A stretch of 64,000 nt of DNA from Gemmatimonadota bacterium (GCA_046484665.1 JAWOIN010000073.1:20918-84917); one strand, 5' to 3'. Shown: positions 21,913 through 32,633, counted from the stretch's first letter. Notes: a model not told the origin generated them from the sequence alone. A program made the numbers and translations.

Positions 21913-22637
21913 CGTCGCGCCTCCCTGGCCGCTCGTGTGGAATCCGGCCGCATTGCGCTCCCGTTCCCGTCCGCGCCTCGATCCCGGCCTTCGTAGTACT
22001 GCTCCGCCGTGCTGTCGGTGACGTGGCCCTCGTGGACCACGATCACCGGCCGCGACCCCCAGGCGCCGCACAGCGTGAAGCCGCCGAGCCGGCCCTCGAC
22101 CCGGACCCGCCGGTCGGTGCCGGCGTGCATCCGGAACTCGGTCGGGGCGCCCCGGAGCGCGAAGGGGCGCTGATTCCCGATCCTGCCGGGCGCGAACAGC
22201 ATGCAGCCGCCGGCCTCCACGACGGTGCCCTCGCCGACGGCCCGCATCCCGGAGAATCGACCCGAGTCCACGGCGACGAGCGAACCCAGCACGCGGCCCT
22301 CCCGCGTCCGCACGAGCCACTCGCCCGCCGTGGGGAGCCGAAGGGCTCGCGCCTCGTAGAACCCGACCGGGCTGTCCGAGCACATCGTGTCGTACACGCT
22401 GCGCCGGGCGCCGACGAGAATCTCCCCGCCCGCGACCTCGACCGTAACCGTATCGAGCCGTCCGCAGGCGTCGGACGCGACCGGGCCCGCGACCTCGAGC
22501 GGGAAGATCTCGCCCGCGACCACCGTGTCCGGGTAGGCCGCCCAGGTGATCAGCGCCGCGCTCTCGGTCGGCTCGCCGATCCGCCAGCAGGCGGCGACGG
22601 GGAGGCAGAGTGCGAGCAGCGCGAGGATCCGCGGCAA
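21909..22637 (-). CDS. Hypothetical secreted protein/lipoprotein
   Basis: Candidate TTG start at 22637 after GGGAG; signal peptide LALLALCLPVAAC; stop overlaps kbl start (ATGA); N-terminal extension in ORF track is probably spurious. Confidence 0.4.
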   Translation of the reverse strand: MPRILALLALCLPVAACWRIGEPTESAALITWAAYPDTVVAGEIFPLEVAGPVASDACGRLDTVTVEVAGGEILVGARRSVYDTMCSDSPVGFYEARALRLPTAGEWLVRTREGRVLGSLVAVDSGRFSGMRAVGEGTVVEAGGCMLFAPGRIGNQRPFALRGAPTEFRMHAGTDRRVRVEGRLGGFTLCGAWGSRPVIVVHEGHVTDSTAEQYYEGRDRGADGNGSAMRPDSTRAAREARR

Positions 22638-22872
22638 GATCGGGCTCCCGGGTGAACGGCCGACGGGGCTTGCTTCGATCGCGGCTCGCGCCCGGCCGGC
22701 GGGCCGCCGGACCCCGAATCTGCCCCGGGTCACCGGGACGGGCAAGCGGAACAAGAGGAAGGACGCGGCGATACAATCTACTCGGAGGACCGCGGCGCCA
22801 TCGGCGCGCCGGGTCGCGCCCGGGAGCGTGTCGCCGGGAAGGGCGTGAAGGGACGACGAGGAGCGGGGACCG

Positions 22873-23541
22873 GTGAAGCGGCTGGACAGGGCCATGGACC
22901 GGAACGACCGACGCCATCGGATCGCGGTGTGCGCGGGGCTGGCGCTGTCGCTGGCGCTGCACGCGGCGCTGGTCCTGGTATGGCGGGTCGAGGCGCCGGT
23001 CGCCGGGGCTTCGGTCGCCGCGGGCCCGCGGAGCGGCGACCCGGTCGCCGCCGCCGGGGGCGGCGCGATGCGGTCGATCGCGCTGGCGCCGCTCCGCCCG
23101 ATCGAGATCCCGGCTCCCCCTCGACCGATCCCCGCCCTCGACGCGCCGGAGGTGGTCGTTTCCGTTCCCACGGAACGGATCTCCTCCGCCGGATCCCTCG
23201 AGAGGCCCGGCACGGCGGGCGCCGGCACGGGAATCCCCGGGGGGACCGGCCGCGGCGACGGCGGGTCCGACGCCGAGGGTCGCTACCGGAACACGGTTCC
23301 GGAGCCGCGGGTGATCATCCCCGACTGGGACGCGCCGAAGGAGGTGAAGGGGCTCCAGGTCCGCCTGCGCGTGCTGGTGGACGAGCGCGGAAAGCCGGTG
23401 GACGTCGAGCTCGACCCCCGGACGCCCGACGAGGGATTCAACCGCAGGCTGATCCAGTCGGCGCTGGAGATGGAGTTCAAGCCGGCGCTCCGGAACGGCC
23501 GTCCCGTCCGTGATTGGGCGGTGATCACGCGCGTCTTCTAG
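22873..23541 (+). CDS. TonB-family energy transducer-like protein
   Basis: N-terminal TM anchor, Pro-rich linker, C-terminal TonB_C-like domain (GLQVRLRVLVDERGKPVDVEL...EFKPAL). Confidence 0.7.
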   Translation: MKRLDRAMDRNDRRHRIAVCAGLALSLALHAALVLVWRVEAPVAGASVAAGPRSGDPVAAAGGGAMRSIALAPLRPIEIPAPPRPIPALDAPEVVVSVPTERISSAGSLERPGTAGAGTGIPGGTGRGDGGSDAEGRYRNTVPEPRVIIPDWDAPKEVKGLQVRLRVLVDERGKPVDVELDPRTPDEGFNRRLIQSALEMEFKPALRNGRPVRDWAVITRVF

Positions 23542-23747
23542 CTTTCCGCCGGGCCGCGGCCGGGTCGTCGGCACGGCTCCGCCCCCTCACGTTTCCGGTC
23601 CCGGGGGGGCTCCCTATATTCCCGCCCCATGGCTTCTTCGCCCCGAGGCGCGAGCTCCTTCCGACCCGAGGTGGATGACGGCCCCGGCCGAGCGAGGCGG
23701 GGTCGCCGACGGCGTGCGGAGCGCCCGCCGCTGGGTCGTACGGCGGC

Positions 23748-26700
23748 TTGAGGGCGCGGTCGGAGTCGCGGCCCGGCGCCGCGACCGCCCGAGGCCCGGC
23801 GTCGCTTCGGGCCCGCATCGCCGCGCTCGCGCTGGCGGGCGCCGCGCTCGCATGGTCGGCGTTCGCGACGCCGCTCGAGGCCCAGGAGCCGGGGGCGGCG
23901 GACGCCGCCCCGGCCGGGGCGGCGCCCCAGGAGGCTCCGGCGGAGCTCCGCCTCGGCTGGCACCGCCTCCCCTTCCCGTGGGCGATCGATCTCCCGCCGG
24001 GACCCCGGCCCGGAGAGCCCGGGAGGTTCTGGCCGTGGACGACGGGGAACGAGTGGCTGCGTGCCGAGCTCCGGTCCGTCGAGTCCGGGCTCGCCGCGCG
24101 TCGCGACACGATGTGGTGGGTCAGCCTGAGTCTGGACAAGCTCCCGCCGGGCTTCGACCGTCGGGGCTTTTACCGGCAGACCGCCCCCCCCGAAGAGGCG
24201 TTCGACCGCGAGGAGCGCGAGGACCGCCAGCGGATCGACCTCATCCCGGACGCGCTCAGCGGGATCGCCGACCTCGAGCTCGAGGTGGACGGCCAGGGGC
24301 AGCTGGGGTCGCAGTGGCAGACCTACAGTCCCTGCACGGTCGGCACCGGTCAGCAGTGCAACGCCGGCGCGGTGCCCGACATCGCCCCGGAGTTCCAGCT
24401 GCGGGCGGTCGCGCGCGGGACGATCTCGGAGCGGGTCCACGTCGACGTCGACTTCGATCAGACGCGCGAGTTCGACGCGACGAACAACCTGAACGTCTAC
24501 TACGAGGGCAAGCCGGACGAGATCCTGAGGTTCGTCGAGCTCGGCCAGGTGTCGCTCCCTCTCCCGTCCTCGCGCTACATCTCGCAGGCGATTCCCGCGG
24601 GAAACTTCGGCGTTCGCGGCGACGCGCGGCTGGGGCCGCTCGACCTCCGCGGCGTGTTCGCCGAGCAGAAGGGGAGCGTCGAGAACCGCCGCGTCACGCT
24701 CGAAGTGGGCGGGCCGGAGCAGGGGATCCTGCAGGACGTCGAGACCGTGCTCGACGACGCTTCGTACGCGAGCGGACAGTTCTTCTTCGTCGTCGACCCC
24801 CGGGAGCTCGCGGACTACCCGGTCATCGACGTGATCAACCTGCAGGGCCCGGAGGCGCCGCCGGCCCTGCGCCCGACCTCGTCCCTCAAGCTCTACCGCC
24901 ACGAGGTCTCGGTCGGGCAGCCGCAGAACGTAGCGTCCGGCGTGATCCAGGCGCGCGCGGTCGCCATCCGCCCGGCGGGCGCCGACCCGACCCTCCCGGA
25001 CAGCGTGGAGTTCAACGGGTTCTTCCGCCCGCTGATCGAGGGGGAGGACTTCATCGTCCACAGGAGCGGGCTATGGGTCGTCATCCGCAACCGGGTCCTG
25101 AAGGACGAGGCGCTGGCGGCGGCGTACGTCTCGGCCACCGGCGAGGAGGTCGGCGACTTCGACGCCGAGAACAAGTTCCGCGAGTACGCGAACGCCGGCA
25201 GCGGTGAGCTCCCGCGGCTCGTGCTTCTCAAGGATGCGGCGACGCACCGGCCGGGAGGCGTGACGTGGGAGCGGGAGATGCACCAGATCTACCGCATCTC
25301 GAGCTCCGACGACGTCGAGCAGGGCAGCGTGCGGCTCGTGATCTCCCAGGGGCCGGTGGAGTCCGGTCCGGTGGTCCGCGAGGCCGAGGGTCAGGGGTTC
25401 AGCTTCCTCGAGATCTTCGGGCTCGACGACTCGCCGCGCGACGACGAGCTCGACGCCGCCCGGATCTGGCGTCCCGCCGCTTCGGGCGAGTTCGCGGGGA
25501 CGAACGTGGTGAGCGGGAGCTACCTCGTGTTCCCGACGCTCGAACCGTTCAGGAGCCCGCCGCCGCTCAAGGACGCCCGCGTCCCGGCGCTCCAGGGAGA
25601 GCCGTTCCCGCTCGCAGAGGGCGACCGGAACGCGGCGATCTACGTCGAGGAGACGGACCAGATCCGCAACACGAGCTTCCTGTACCGGCTGAACCTCGCG
25701 TTCCGGGCCAGGAGCTCCGGCGCGGCCCGCTCCTTCTCGCTCGGCGCGATCGGGATCCGGCAGGGCAGCGAGCGGGTCCAGCTGAACGGGCGCGACCTGG
25801 TGCGCGGACAGGACTACGGCATCGACTACGAGATCGGGCAGCTCACGCTGCTTCGACCGGAGGAGCTGCTGGCCGGAGCCCAGAACCCGGACCTCCAGGT
25901 GCGGTTCGAGCAGAAGCCGATCTTCCAGCTCGCCCGGCGCAGCATCTTCGGCCTGACCGGGAGCTGGTCGCTAGGCGAGGTCGGCGCGATCGACTTCGTC
26001 GGGCTCAGCCAGCGGGAGGGGACGGTTCTCACACGCCCGGAAGTGGGGCTCGAGCCCGGCAGCGTGCAGCTCGGGGGCGTCACCGCCCGCCTGAACTTCG
26101 GCGCCGCCGCCCTCGACCGTCTGGCCAACGCCCTGCCCGGGATCGACTCGGACGTGAAGTCGCGGATCTCGTTCGACGGGGAGGTCGCCGGATCGAGCCC
26201 GACCACGAACCGGTCCGGCGCGACCTACGTGGACGACTTCGAGGCGAGTTCGCGGTTCCGGATCGGGCTCGGCGGCCGTTCCTGGCGGTTCGGGTCCCTC
26301 GCGTCGAGCCCCGAGCTCGACGGGGACCTGGACTTCCTGCCCGACGTCCCCGACGCGACGAACCGGCTCGAGGTGGCGTGGCAGTCCCAGTGGCTGGACG
26401 GCGCGACCGTGCAGGGTCCGCTGTTCGTGCGGCAGATCGATCCGGCCCTCAACGTGCTCAACGCCGGGACCACGGAGACGGTCCTCTGGGTCAGCCTCGA
26501 CGGCGCCCCGACCGCGGAGCAGGGGTGGGCCTCGATCACGAGCCCGCTGTCGGAGTCGGGAATCGACCTCACGAACTCGGAGTTCCTCGAGTTCTACGCG
26601 AGCACGCTGGGGGACCCGAGCGACCGGCTCGCGATCATCCTCGACATCGGGACCGTCTCCGAGGACGCCTTCGTCCTCGACTCGCTCGGATTTCCGGCGG

Positions 26701-29700
26701 GCCAGGGTGTGCTCGACCTGGAGGCGGACCCGCTCGTCGGCGTGTGGGGGAACCCGGACGACACGGGAATCTGGAACCAGGGCTGCACGGCGACGCCCGA
26801 CGCGACCGCGTACCCGCTGGGCGACCCGCGGGCGGTGTGCACGCGCGGCAACGGTCTCGAGGACACGGAGGACCTCAACCGCGACGGCTTCCTGAACCGG
26901 GACGAGCGCTTCGTCCGGTTCGTGATTCCCCTGAACGCTGCCTCGCGTTACCTCGTCCGTCCGACCGGGGGGGAGTTCCAGTTCGGCCTCTACCGCGTTC
27001 CCCTGCGGCTTCCCGACTACTTCGTGAACGTCAGCGAGGCGAGCTCCCAGCAGAACGTCCGGCACGTGCGGATCACCTTCACGACGGACAGGAGCGCGAC
27101 GGTCCTGCTCAGCCGGATGGAGTTCACCGGGTCGCCGTGGCTGAAGCGCGGCGGCAGCGGGAGCGTCCAGGGATCGATCGGCGAGGTCCCGGGCACGGCG
27201 GGCCAGGTCGCCGTGGGCCCGATCTCGACGACCGACGCGCGGTACGTGTCGCCCCCCGGGATCACGGACCAGCGGACGCAGGCCACCGACGACCTGGCCC
27301 TGTCTACGCAGCCGATCAACGAGCAGTCCCTGCGTCTCAGCTACACCGACATTCCGGCGGGAGAGAGGATCGAGGTGTTCCGGCGCTTCAGCGAGCGGCC
27401 GCGCGACTTCCTCACCTACCGGCGGATGCGCGCGTGGGCGGTCGCCGCCGAGGGCGAGTGGGGGGCGGGGTCGTCGCTCCGTTTCTACGTGCGCATGGGC
27501 TTCGACTCCCGGAACTTCTACCTTTACCGGATTCCGCTGGAGCTCGCCTCGGATCCGGTCGCCCGCGGCGACTGGCTCCCGGAGCGGCTGATCGACATCG
27601 GGCGCTGGATCCAGCTGCGCACGGAGGCCGAGAAGCGCTTTGCCGCGGGAGAGGCCGGGACCTCCGCGGACACGGCGTTCGTCCTCTGGGACGTGGACGT
27701 GTTCCCGGACGGCGACAGCACGCTCGCCATCGTGATCAACGACCGCTCGCGCGCCCCGAACCTGGCGGCGATCCGGGAGCTCGCGCTCGGCGTGGAGAAC
27801 ACGGGAGCTGTCGCGGTCGGGCCGGGCGAGGTCTGGATCGACGACCTCAGGCTCGACGAGGCGGCCGACCGCGGCGGCGGCGCGATTCGGGGCAGCCTCA
27901 GCGTCGACCTCTCGGACCTCGTGTCCGTCGAAGGCGCGTACAGCCGCCGGAACCCGTTCTACCGGCAGCTCGGCGAGAGCCCGCCCTACGAGGCCGCCAC
28001 GGACTATTCGACCCGGGTCGCCGCGAAGCTCGGGCGGTTCCTGCCCGGCTCGCCGGGGCTGTCGGTGCCGTTCGAGATGCAGTACCGCCGGTCGAGCAGC
28101 GATCCGTTCTTCCTCGCGCAGAGCGACGTGCTCGGCGAGGAGATCGGCGGGCTGCGCACCCCGACCAGCTCGCTCACCCGCATCAACCTCGGGCTGTTCA
28201 AGGAGACGCGCTCGGGGAACGCCTTCGCCAGGAGCACGATCGACGGGCTCAGACTCGGGTATTCGTGGCGGTCATCGGAGGCAGTCTCGACCCAGACGAA
28301 GGCCGCCGGAAGCGGATGGAACGCCGTGGCGAACTGGAGCCGCCCGGTGGCCGACAAGTCGTTCCCGCTCCTTCCGGGCTTCCTGCGGAGCGCGATCGAC
28401 GCCCTTCCGGAGTTCCTGTCCGGGAGCGAAGTCTTCTCCAACCTCCGGGACACGCGCTTCCGGTGGACGCCGCGCGACCTGCGGATGGGCGCCGGACTGT
28501 CCCGCTCCGACGACCGCCGCTTTCGCTACCAGTCGAGCGTCGCGCGCGGGGACGACGCGCTCATCGAGCCCGCCGTGGACCTCCAGCGCGTCCTCACGCC
28601 GAACGCGGGGATCCAGCTCCAGCCGTTTCCTTCCCTCGTGGCGGGCGTCTCGTGGAACTCGGCCCGCGACCTGGTCGATCCCTCCTTCCGCGCGTCCGGC
28701 GAGCGGGGCCGGGCGGTCCTCGCCGCCGAGTCGGGCAGCCTGCTCGGGATGGGCACGGGCTGGGAAACGAGCAGGAGCGTAAGGTCGAGCCTGAGCTGGC
28801 AGCCGAGCCTTTCGTCCTGGTTCGAGCCCCGTCTCACCCTGGTCACGGCCTACCAGAGCGCCCGGAACGTCTCGTACCTCGAGCAGGTGGAGGCGGACAC
28901 GACGCTGCTGCGCGACGTCGCGATGAACCGGGACCTCGGGCTCAACGTGGACGTCTTCCCCGTCGACCTCGCGAGCGTGCTGCGGATCCCGGAACGGCGC
29001 TCCGCCACCGGGTTCTGGTCGGGCTTCCGGGCCGTGTGGGACCGGATGCGACCGGTCCGGCTGGACTGGCAGCGCAACGTGAACGCCAGCTTCGACCGGC
29101 GCGACATCGACCCGTCGTTCGGCGACCAGCTGGTACTCGGCGGCTTCTCCGGCCTCCGCATCATCGGCGCCGACACGGCCTCGGCGGCGGGAGACGTCCG
29201 GCGATGGTCGGCCCGGGGCGGGTACCAGCTCCCGTTCGACCTCGACGCCGAGGTCAACTACGCGGTCGTCGAGAATCGGACCCTCACGGCGCGGAGCCTG
29301 CGCGCATCCGAGGACGTGGACTGGCCGTGGATCAGCCTCCGGTGGCGGGAAGTCCCGATTCCCGGGGCGCTCGACGGCCTGCTCCGGAGCGTGAGCCTGA
29401 CGGGAACCTGGCGCGACCGCGACCGCCTCGTCACCACCACGACGGGACAGGACCAGGGGTCCGGGACCCTCACCAGGACCCTGAGCGTGCTGTTCCTGTT
29501 CCGCAACGGCTTCAACCTGAACTACCAGCTCGACGACGCCCGCACGGACCGGTCCGACCAGACGGGACGGAGCGAGTCCGACCGCGTGTCGCACTCGATC
29601 CGGGCGACGGGGACGCTCCCGCCGCCGGACTTTCTCCGGTTCGTCAGGCAGCCCCTGCGGGTCTCGGCCGAATACTCGCTGAACGGGAACTTCGACTGCC

Positions 29701-29957
29701 GGGAGCTCGGGGGGCCGGGCTTCGCCAGCGGAATTCCCGGACTGGGCGACGACTGCACCGCCCACGTGGACCAGTCGACGCAGCGCGCGGCGCTCACCAT
29801 CGACTCGGACTTCCAGGGCTACACGCTGGGACTCCAGCTCAGCTGGTCGAACCGGGGCAGCGCCGTGGGGCGGCGCCAGACCTCGAACCAGTTCAACCTG
29901 AACATCTTCGGACGCTTCTTCCTCCGTTCCGACTCGAGGAATCCGACCGACCGCTGA
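23748..29957 (+). CDS. Giant (2069 aa) secreted/outer-membrane beta-rich protein, possibly SprA-family (T9SS translocon-like) cell-surface protein
   Basis: Uninterrupted 6.2-kb ORF with N-terminal signal peptide (ALALAGAALAWSAFATPLEAQ), pervasive alternating hydrophobic beta-strand patterns, C-terminal aromatic-rich strand; family call is from size/composition only. Confidence 0.5.
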   Translation: MRARSESRPGAATARGPASLRARIAALALAGAALAWSAFATPLEAQEPGAADAAPAGAAPQEAPAELRLGWHRLPFPWAIDLPPGPRPGEPGRFWPWTTGNEWLRAELRSVESGLAARRDTMWWVSLSLDKLPPGFDRRGFYRQTAPPEEAFDREEREDRQRIDLIPDALSGIADLELEVDGQGQLGSQWQTYSPCTVGTGQQCNAGAVPDIAPEFQLRAVARGTISERVHVDVDFDQTREFDATNNLNVYYEGKPDEILRFVELGQVSLPLPSSRYISQAIPAGNFGVRGDARLGPLDLRGVFAEQKGSVENRRVTLEVGGPEQGILQDVETVLDDASYASGQFFFVVDPRELADYPVIDVINLQGPEAPPALRPTSSLKLYRHEVSVGQPQNVASGVIQARAVAIRPAGADPTLPDSVEFNGFFRPLIEGEDFIVHRSGLWVVIRNRVLKDEALAAAYVSATGEEVGDFDAENKFREYANAGSGELPRLVLLKDAATHRPGGVTWEREMHQIYRISSSDDVEQGSVRLVISQGPVESGPVVREAEGQGFSFLEIFGLDDSPRDDELDAARIWRPAASGEFAGTNVVSGSYLVFPTLEPFRSPPPLKDARVPALQGEPFPLAEGDRNAAIYVEETDQIRNTSFLYRLNLAFRARSSGAARSFSLGAIGIRQGSERVQLNGRDLVRGQDYGIDYEIGQLTLLRPEELLAGAQNPDLQVRFEQKPIFQLARRSIFGLTGSWSLGEVGAIDFVGLSQREGTVLTRPEVGLEPGSVQLGGVTARLNFGAAALDRLANALPGIDSDVKSRISFDGEVAGSSPTTNRSGATYVDDFEASSRFRIGLGGRSWRFGSLASSPELDGDLDFLPDVPDATNRLEVAWQSQWLDGATVQGPLFVRQIDPALNVLNAGTTETVLWVSLDGAPTAEQGWASITSPLSESGIDLTNSEFLEFYASTLGDPSDRLAIILDIGTVSEDAFVLDSLGFPAGQGVLDLEADPLVGVWGNPDDTGIWNQGCTATPDATAYPLGDPRAVCTRGNGLEDTEDLNRDGFLNRDERFVRFVIPLNAASRYLVRPTGGEFQFGLYRVPLRLPDYFVNVSEASSQQNVRHVRITFTTDRSATVLLSRMEFTGSPWLKRGGSGSVQGSIGEVPGTAGQVAVGPISTTDARYVSPPGITDQRTQATDDLALSTQPINEQSLRLSYTDIPAGERIEVFRRFSERPRDFLTYRRMRAWAVAAEGEWGAGSSLRFYVRMGFDSRNFYLYRIPLELASDPVARGDWLPERLIDIGRWIQLRTEAEKRFAAGEAGTSADTAFVLWDVDVFPDGDSTLAIVINDRSRAPNLAAIRELALGVENTGAVAVGPGEVWIDDLRLDEAADRGGGAIRGSLSVDLSDLVSVEGAYSRRNPFYRQLGESPPYEAATDYSTRVAAKLGRFLPGSPGLSVPFEMQYRRSSSDPFFLAQSDVLGEEIGGLRTPTSSLTRINLGLFKETRSGNAFARSTIDGLRLGYSWRSSEAVSTQTKAAGSGWNAVANWSRPVADKSFPLLPGFLRSAIDALPEFLSGSEVFSNLRDTRFRWTPRDLRMGAGLSRSDDRRFRYQSSVARGDDALIEPAVDLQRVLTPNAGIQLQPFPSLVAGVSWNSARDLVDPSFRASGERGRAVLAAESGSLLGMGTGWETSRSVRSSLSWQPSLSSWFEPRLTLVTAYQSARNVSYLEQVEADTTLLRDVAMNRDLGLNVDVFPVDLASVLRIPERRSATGFWSGFRAVWDRMRPVRLDWQRNVNASFDRRDIDPSFGDQLVLGGFSGLRIIGADTASAAGDVRRWSARGGYQLPFDLDAEVNYAVVENRTLTARSLRASEDVDWPWISLRWREVPIPGALDGLLRSVSLTGTWRDRDRLVTTTTGQDQGSGTLTRTLSVLFLFRNGFNLNYQLDDARTDRSDQTGRSESDRVSHSIRATGTLPPPDFLRFVRQPLRVSAEYSLNGNFDCRELGGPGFASGIPGLGDDCTAHVDQSTQRAALTIDSDFQGYTLGLQLSWSNRGSAVGRRQTSNQFNLNIFGRFFLRSDSRNPTDR

Positions 29958-30028
29958 GGGTCGCCGCCCGTCGCCGCCCGCGCGCGCGGTTGATCCACGG
30001 ATGATCGCGGCGCCGCAGGCTCGGCGCC

Positions 30029-30664
30029 GTGTTCCCTTCGCTGAACCGGACCGACCGGAAGTCGCTCTCCACCGTCACGGCGCTCGTCGTAGCCGGGACG
30101 GCTCTGCGCCTCGGGCTCGGGCCCGGTCCGAACGGCGCGGAGTGGTCCTCCGCCGGGTCAGGGGGAGGTCCGGTGCCCGCCTCCCTCCGCGCCGCGGTCG
30201 AGCAGGGGCTGTCCGCCGAGGAGCGGGCGGCGCTCCCCCTCGCGGCGGGGGAGCGGATCGACCCCAACTTCGCGGACGCGGCCGAGCTCCGGCGGCTTCC
30301 CGGCATCGGCCCCGCGAAGGCGGAGGCGATCGTCGTCCAGCGGCGGGAGGGTGGGCCCTTCCGGTCGCTCGAAGACCTGGAGCGCGTTCCGGGGCTCGGA
30401 GCCACGACGATCGCGCGGCTGGCCCCGCACCTCGCCCTCGCCCCCGGGATCGCCGGCCGCCTGCCCGCGGACCGGATCGACCTGAACCGAACCGATGCCG
30501 AGGCGCTGTCGCGGCTGCCCGGTATCGGCCCGGTCCTCGCGGAGCGGATCGTCGCGGAGCGGCTCTCCCGGGGCCGGTTCCGGACGGTGGACGAGCTGCT
30601 CGAGGTGCCCGGTATCGGTCCCGCGGTTCTGGAGAAAATCCGGACCCGGGTGCGGATCCAATGA
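30029..30664 (+). CDS. comEA: ComEA-family competence protein with tandem helix-hairpin-helix DNA-binding motifs
   Basis: Two LRRLPGIGPAKAEAIV / LSRLPGIGPVLAERIV HhH motifs; N-terminal TM anchor. Confidence 0.8.
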   Translation: MFPSLNRTDRKSLSTVTALVVAGTALRLGLGPGPNGAEWSSAGSGGGPVPASLRAAVEQGLSAEERAALPLAAGERIDPNFADAAELRRLPGIGPAKAEAIVVQRREGGPFRSLEDLERVPGLGATTIARLAPHLALAPGIAGRLPADRIDLNRTDAEALSRLPGIGPVLAERIVAERLSRGRFRTVDELLEVPGIGPAVLEKIRTRVRIQ

Positions 30665-30865
30665 CCCGGGATCGCCGGCGGGGAGTTCGGAAGTGTCCTG
30701 ACGGCGCGGAGTTCCGCGTCTTTCGCCCCGACCGATGCACCGGGCACGCCTCTTGCCCCCCACACGGCTCGCGGGACCCGGGTCGCGCCGCCGGCGGCGC
30801 GAGCGGGCGCCCGGGAGGCCGGACCGGCCGGCACCGGGCGTGAGACAGCGGAAGAAACGGCAGCC

Positions 30866-32578
30866 ATGGCGTCAGCAGCGCTCGGACACGACCAGCTCGG
30901 CGAGCTCCTGGTCAGGGAGAACCTGCTCAGTCGAGAGCAGCTCGACCGCGCCCTCAGCGAGCAGCGGCAGAACGGGGCGCGCCTCGGGTTCACGCTCGTC
31001 GCGAGCGGCGCCGTCTCCGAGACCGACCTCACCCGGGTGCTCAGCCGGCAGTTCCGGGTGCCCGCCGTCAACCTCGCGTCCGTGGAGGTCGACCCGAAGA
31101 TCCTGAAGCTCGTCCCCGCCGATTTCGCCAGCAAGCACCTCGTGCTTCCCCTCCGCCGCATCGGTCGGACCCTGACGGTCGCCATGGCGTCCCCCTCGGA
31201 CCTCGGCGTGATCGACGACCTCAAGTTCATCACCCGGTTCGACGTGGAGGCCGTCGTCGCGGGCGAGTACTCGCTCCGCCAGGCGATCGACCGGTACTAC
31301 GAGGTGTCGACGGACCGCCTCGGCGAGCTGCTGGAGGAGCTCGAGGAGCAGGACATCGAGGTCGTCGAGGACGAGGAGGAGCTCCTCTCGACGAGCCAGC
31401 TGCAGGCCCAGGTCGAGGAGGCGCCCGTCGTCCGGCTGATCAACGGGCTCCTGACGGACGCGGTCCGCCGCGGCGCGTCGGACATCCACATCGAGCCGTA
31501 CGAGAAGGAGCTGCGGGTCCGCTACCGGATCGACGGGGCGCTCCAGGAGATCATGACCCCGCCGTTCCGCATGAAGGCCGCCCTGATCTCCCGCGTGAAG
31601 ATCCTCGCCGACCTGAACATCGCCGAGCGCCGCGTGCCCCAGGACGGTCGGATCAAGCTGAAGATCGGCAACCGGGTCATCGACTTCCGCGTCTCCACGC
31701 TCCCGACCCTGTTCGGCGAGAAGATCGTGCTCCGGATCCTCGACAAGGGGAACCTGACGCTCGACCTGGAGAAGTTCGGCATGGAGCCGAAGGCCGAGCA
31801 GGACTTCCTGGAGGCGATCGCCCGGCCGTACGGAATGGTCCTGGTCACCGGCCCCACCGGATCCGGAAAGACGACGACCCTCTACAGCGCGCTGAGCCGG
31901 ATCAACAAGGAAGAAGTCAACATCATGACGGCCGAGGACCCCGTCGAGTACAATCTCAAGGGGGTCAACCAGGTCCACGTCCGGTCCGACATCGGCATGA
32001 CCTTCGCCGCCGCGCTCCGCGCGTTCCTTCGGCAGGACCCGAACATCATCATGGTCGGAGAGATCCGGGACCTGGAGACCGGCGGAATCGCCGTGAAGGC
32101 GGCCCTCACGGGTCACCTCGTCCTTTCCACGCTGCACACGAACGACGCCGCCTCCACGATCACCCGCATGATCGACATGGGGATCGAGACGTTCAACGTC
32201 GCCTCGGCGGTGAACATCATCACCGCGCAGCGGCTGGTCCGCCGGATCTGCAACAACTGCAAGGTCGAGGCGACCTATCTCCCCGAGGTGCTCGGGACCG
32301 CCGGCTTCGAGGAAGAGGACGTCCGCTCGGTCGCGTTCCAGCGCGGCGAGGGCTGCGACGCGTGCAACGGCTCGGGCTACTCCGGCCGGCAGGGGCTGTA
32401 CGAGGTGATGCCGATGACGGCAGAGCTCCGGCGCATGGTGCTCCAGGGCGCCTCGTCCGACGAGCTGAAGAGCGAGGCAGTCCGCTCGGGAATGATCACG
32501 CTCCGCAGGGACGGACTGCTGAAGGTGAAGCGGGGCGTGACGACGCTCGAGGAAGTCCTCAAGGAGACCGCGCTGTGA
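30866..32578 (+). CDS. pilB: Type IV pilus assembly ATPase PilB (GspE family)
   Basis: N-terminal GSPII_E_N domain, Walker A GPTGSGKTTT, CxxC tetracysteine motif (CNNC...CDAC). Confidence 0.9.
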   Translation: MASAALGHDQLGELLVRENLLSREQLDRALSEQRQNGARLGFTLVASGAVSETDLTRVLSRQFRVPAVNLASVEVDPKILKLVPADFASKHLVLPLRRIGRTLTVAMASPSDLGVIDDLKFITRFDVEAVVAGEYSLRQAIDRYYEVSTDRLGELLEELEEQDIEVVEDEEELLSTSQLQAQVEEAPVVRLINGLLTDAVRRGASDIHIEPYEKELRVRYRIDGALQEIMTPPFRMKAALISRVKILADLNIAERRVPQDGRIKLKIGNRVIDFRVSTLPTLFGEKIVLRILDKGNLTLDLEKFGMEPKAEQDFLEAIARPYGMVLVTGPTGSGKTTTLYSALSRINKEEVNIMTAEDPVEYNLKGVNQVHVRSDIGMTFAAALRAFLRQDPNIIMVGEIRDLETGGIAVKAALTGHLVLSTLHTNDAASTITRMIDMGIETFNVASAVNIITAQRLVRRICNNCKVEATYLPEVLGTAGFEEEDVRSVAFQRGEGCDACNGSGYSGRQGLYEVMPMTAELRRMVLQGASSDELKSEAVRSGMITLRRDGLLKVKRGVTTLEEVLKETAL

Positions 32579-32633
32579 GCCCGTCGGCCGGGGCCCGGTC
32601 CGATCGACACCCGAACGAACGGGGAACGTAGCG

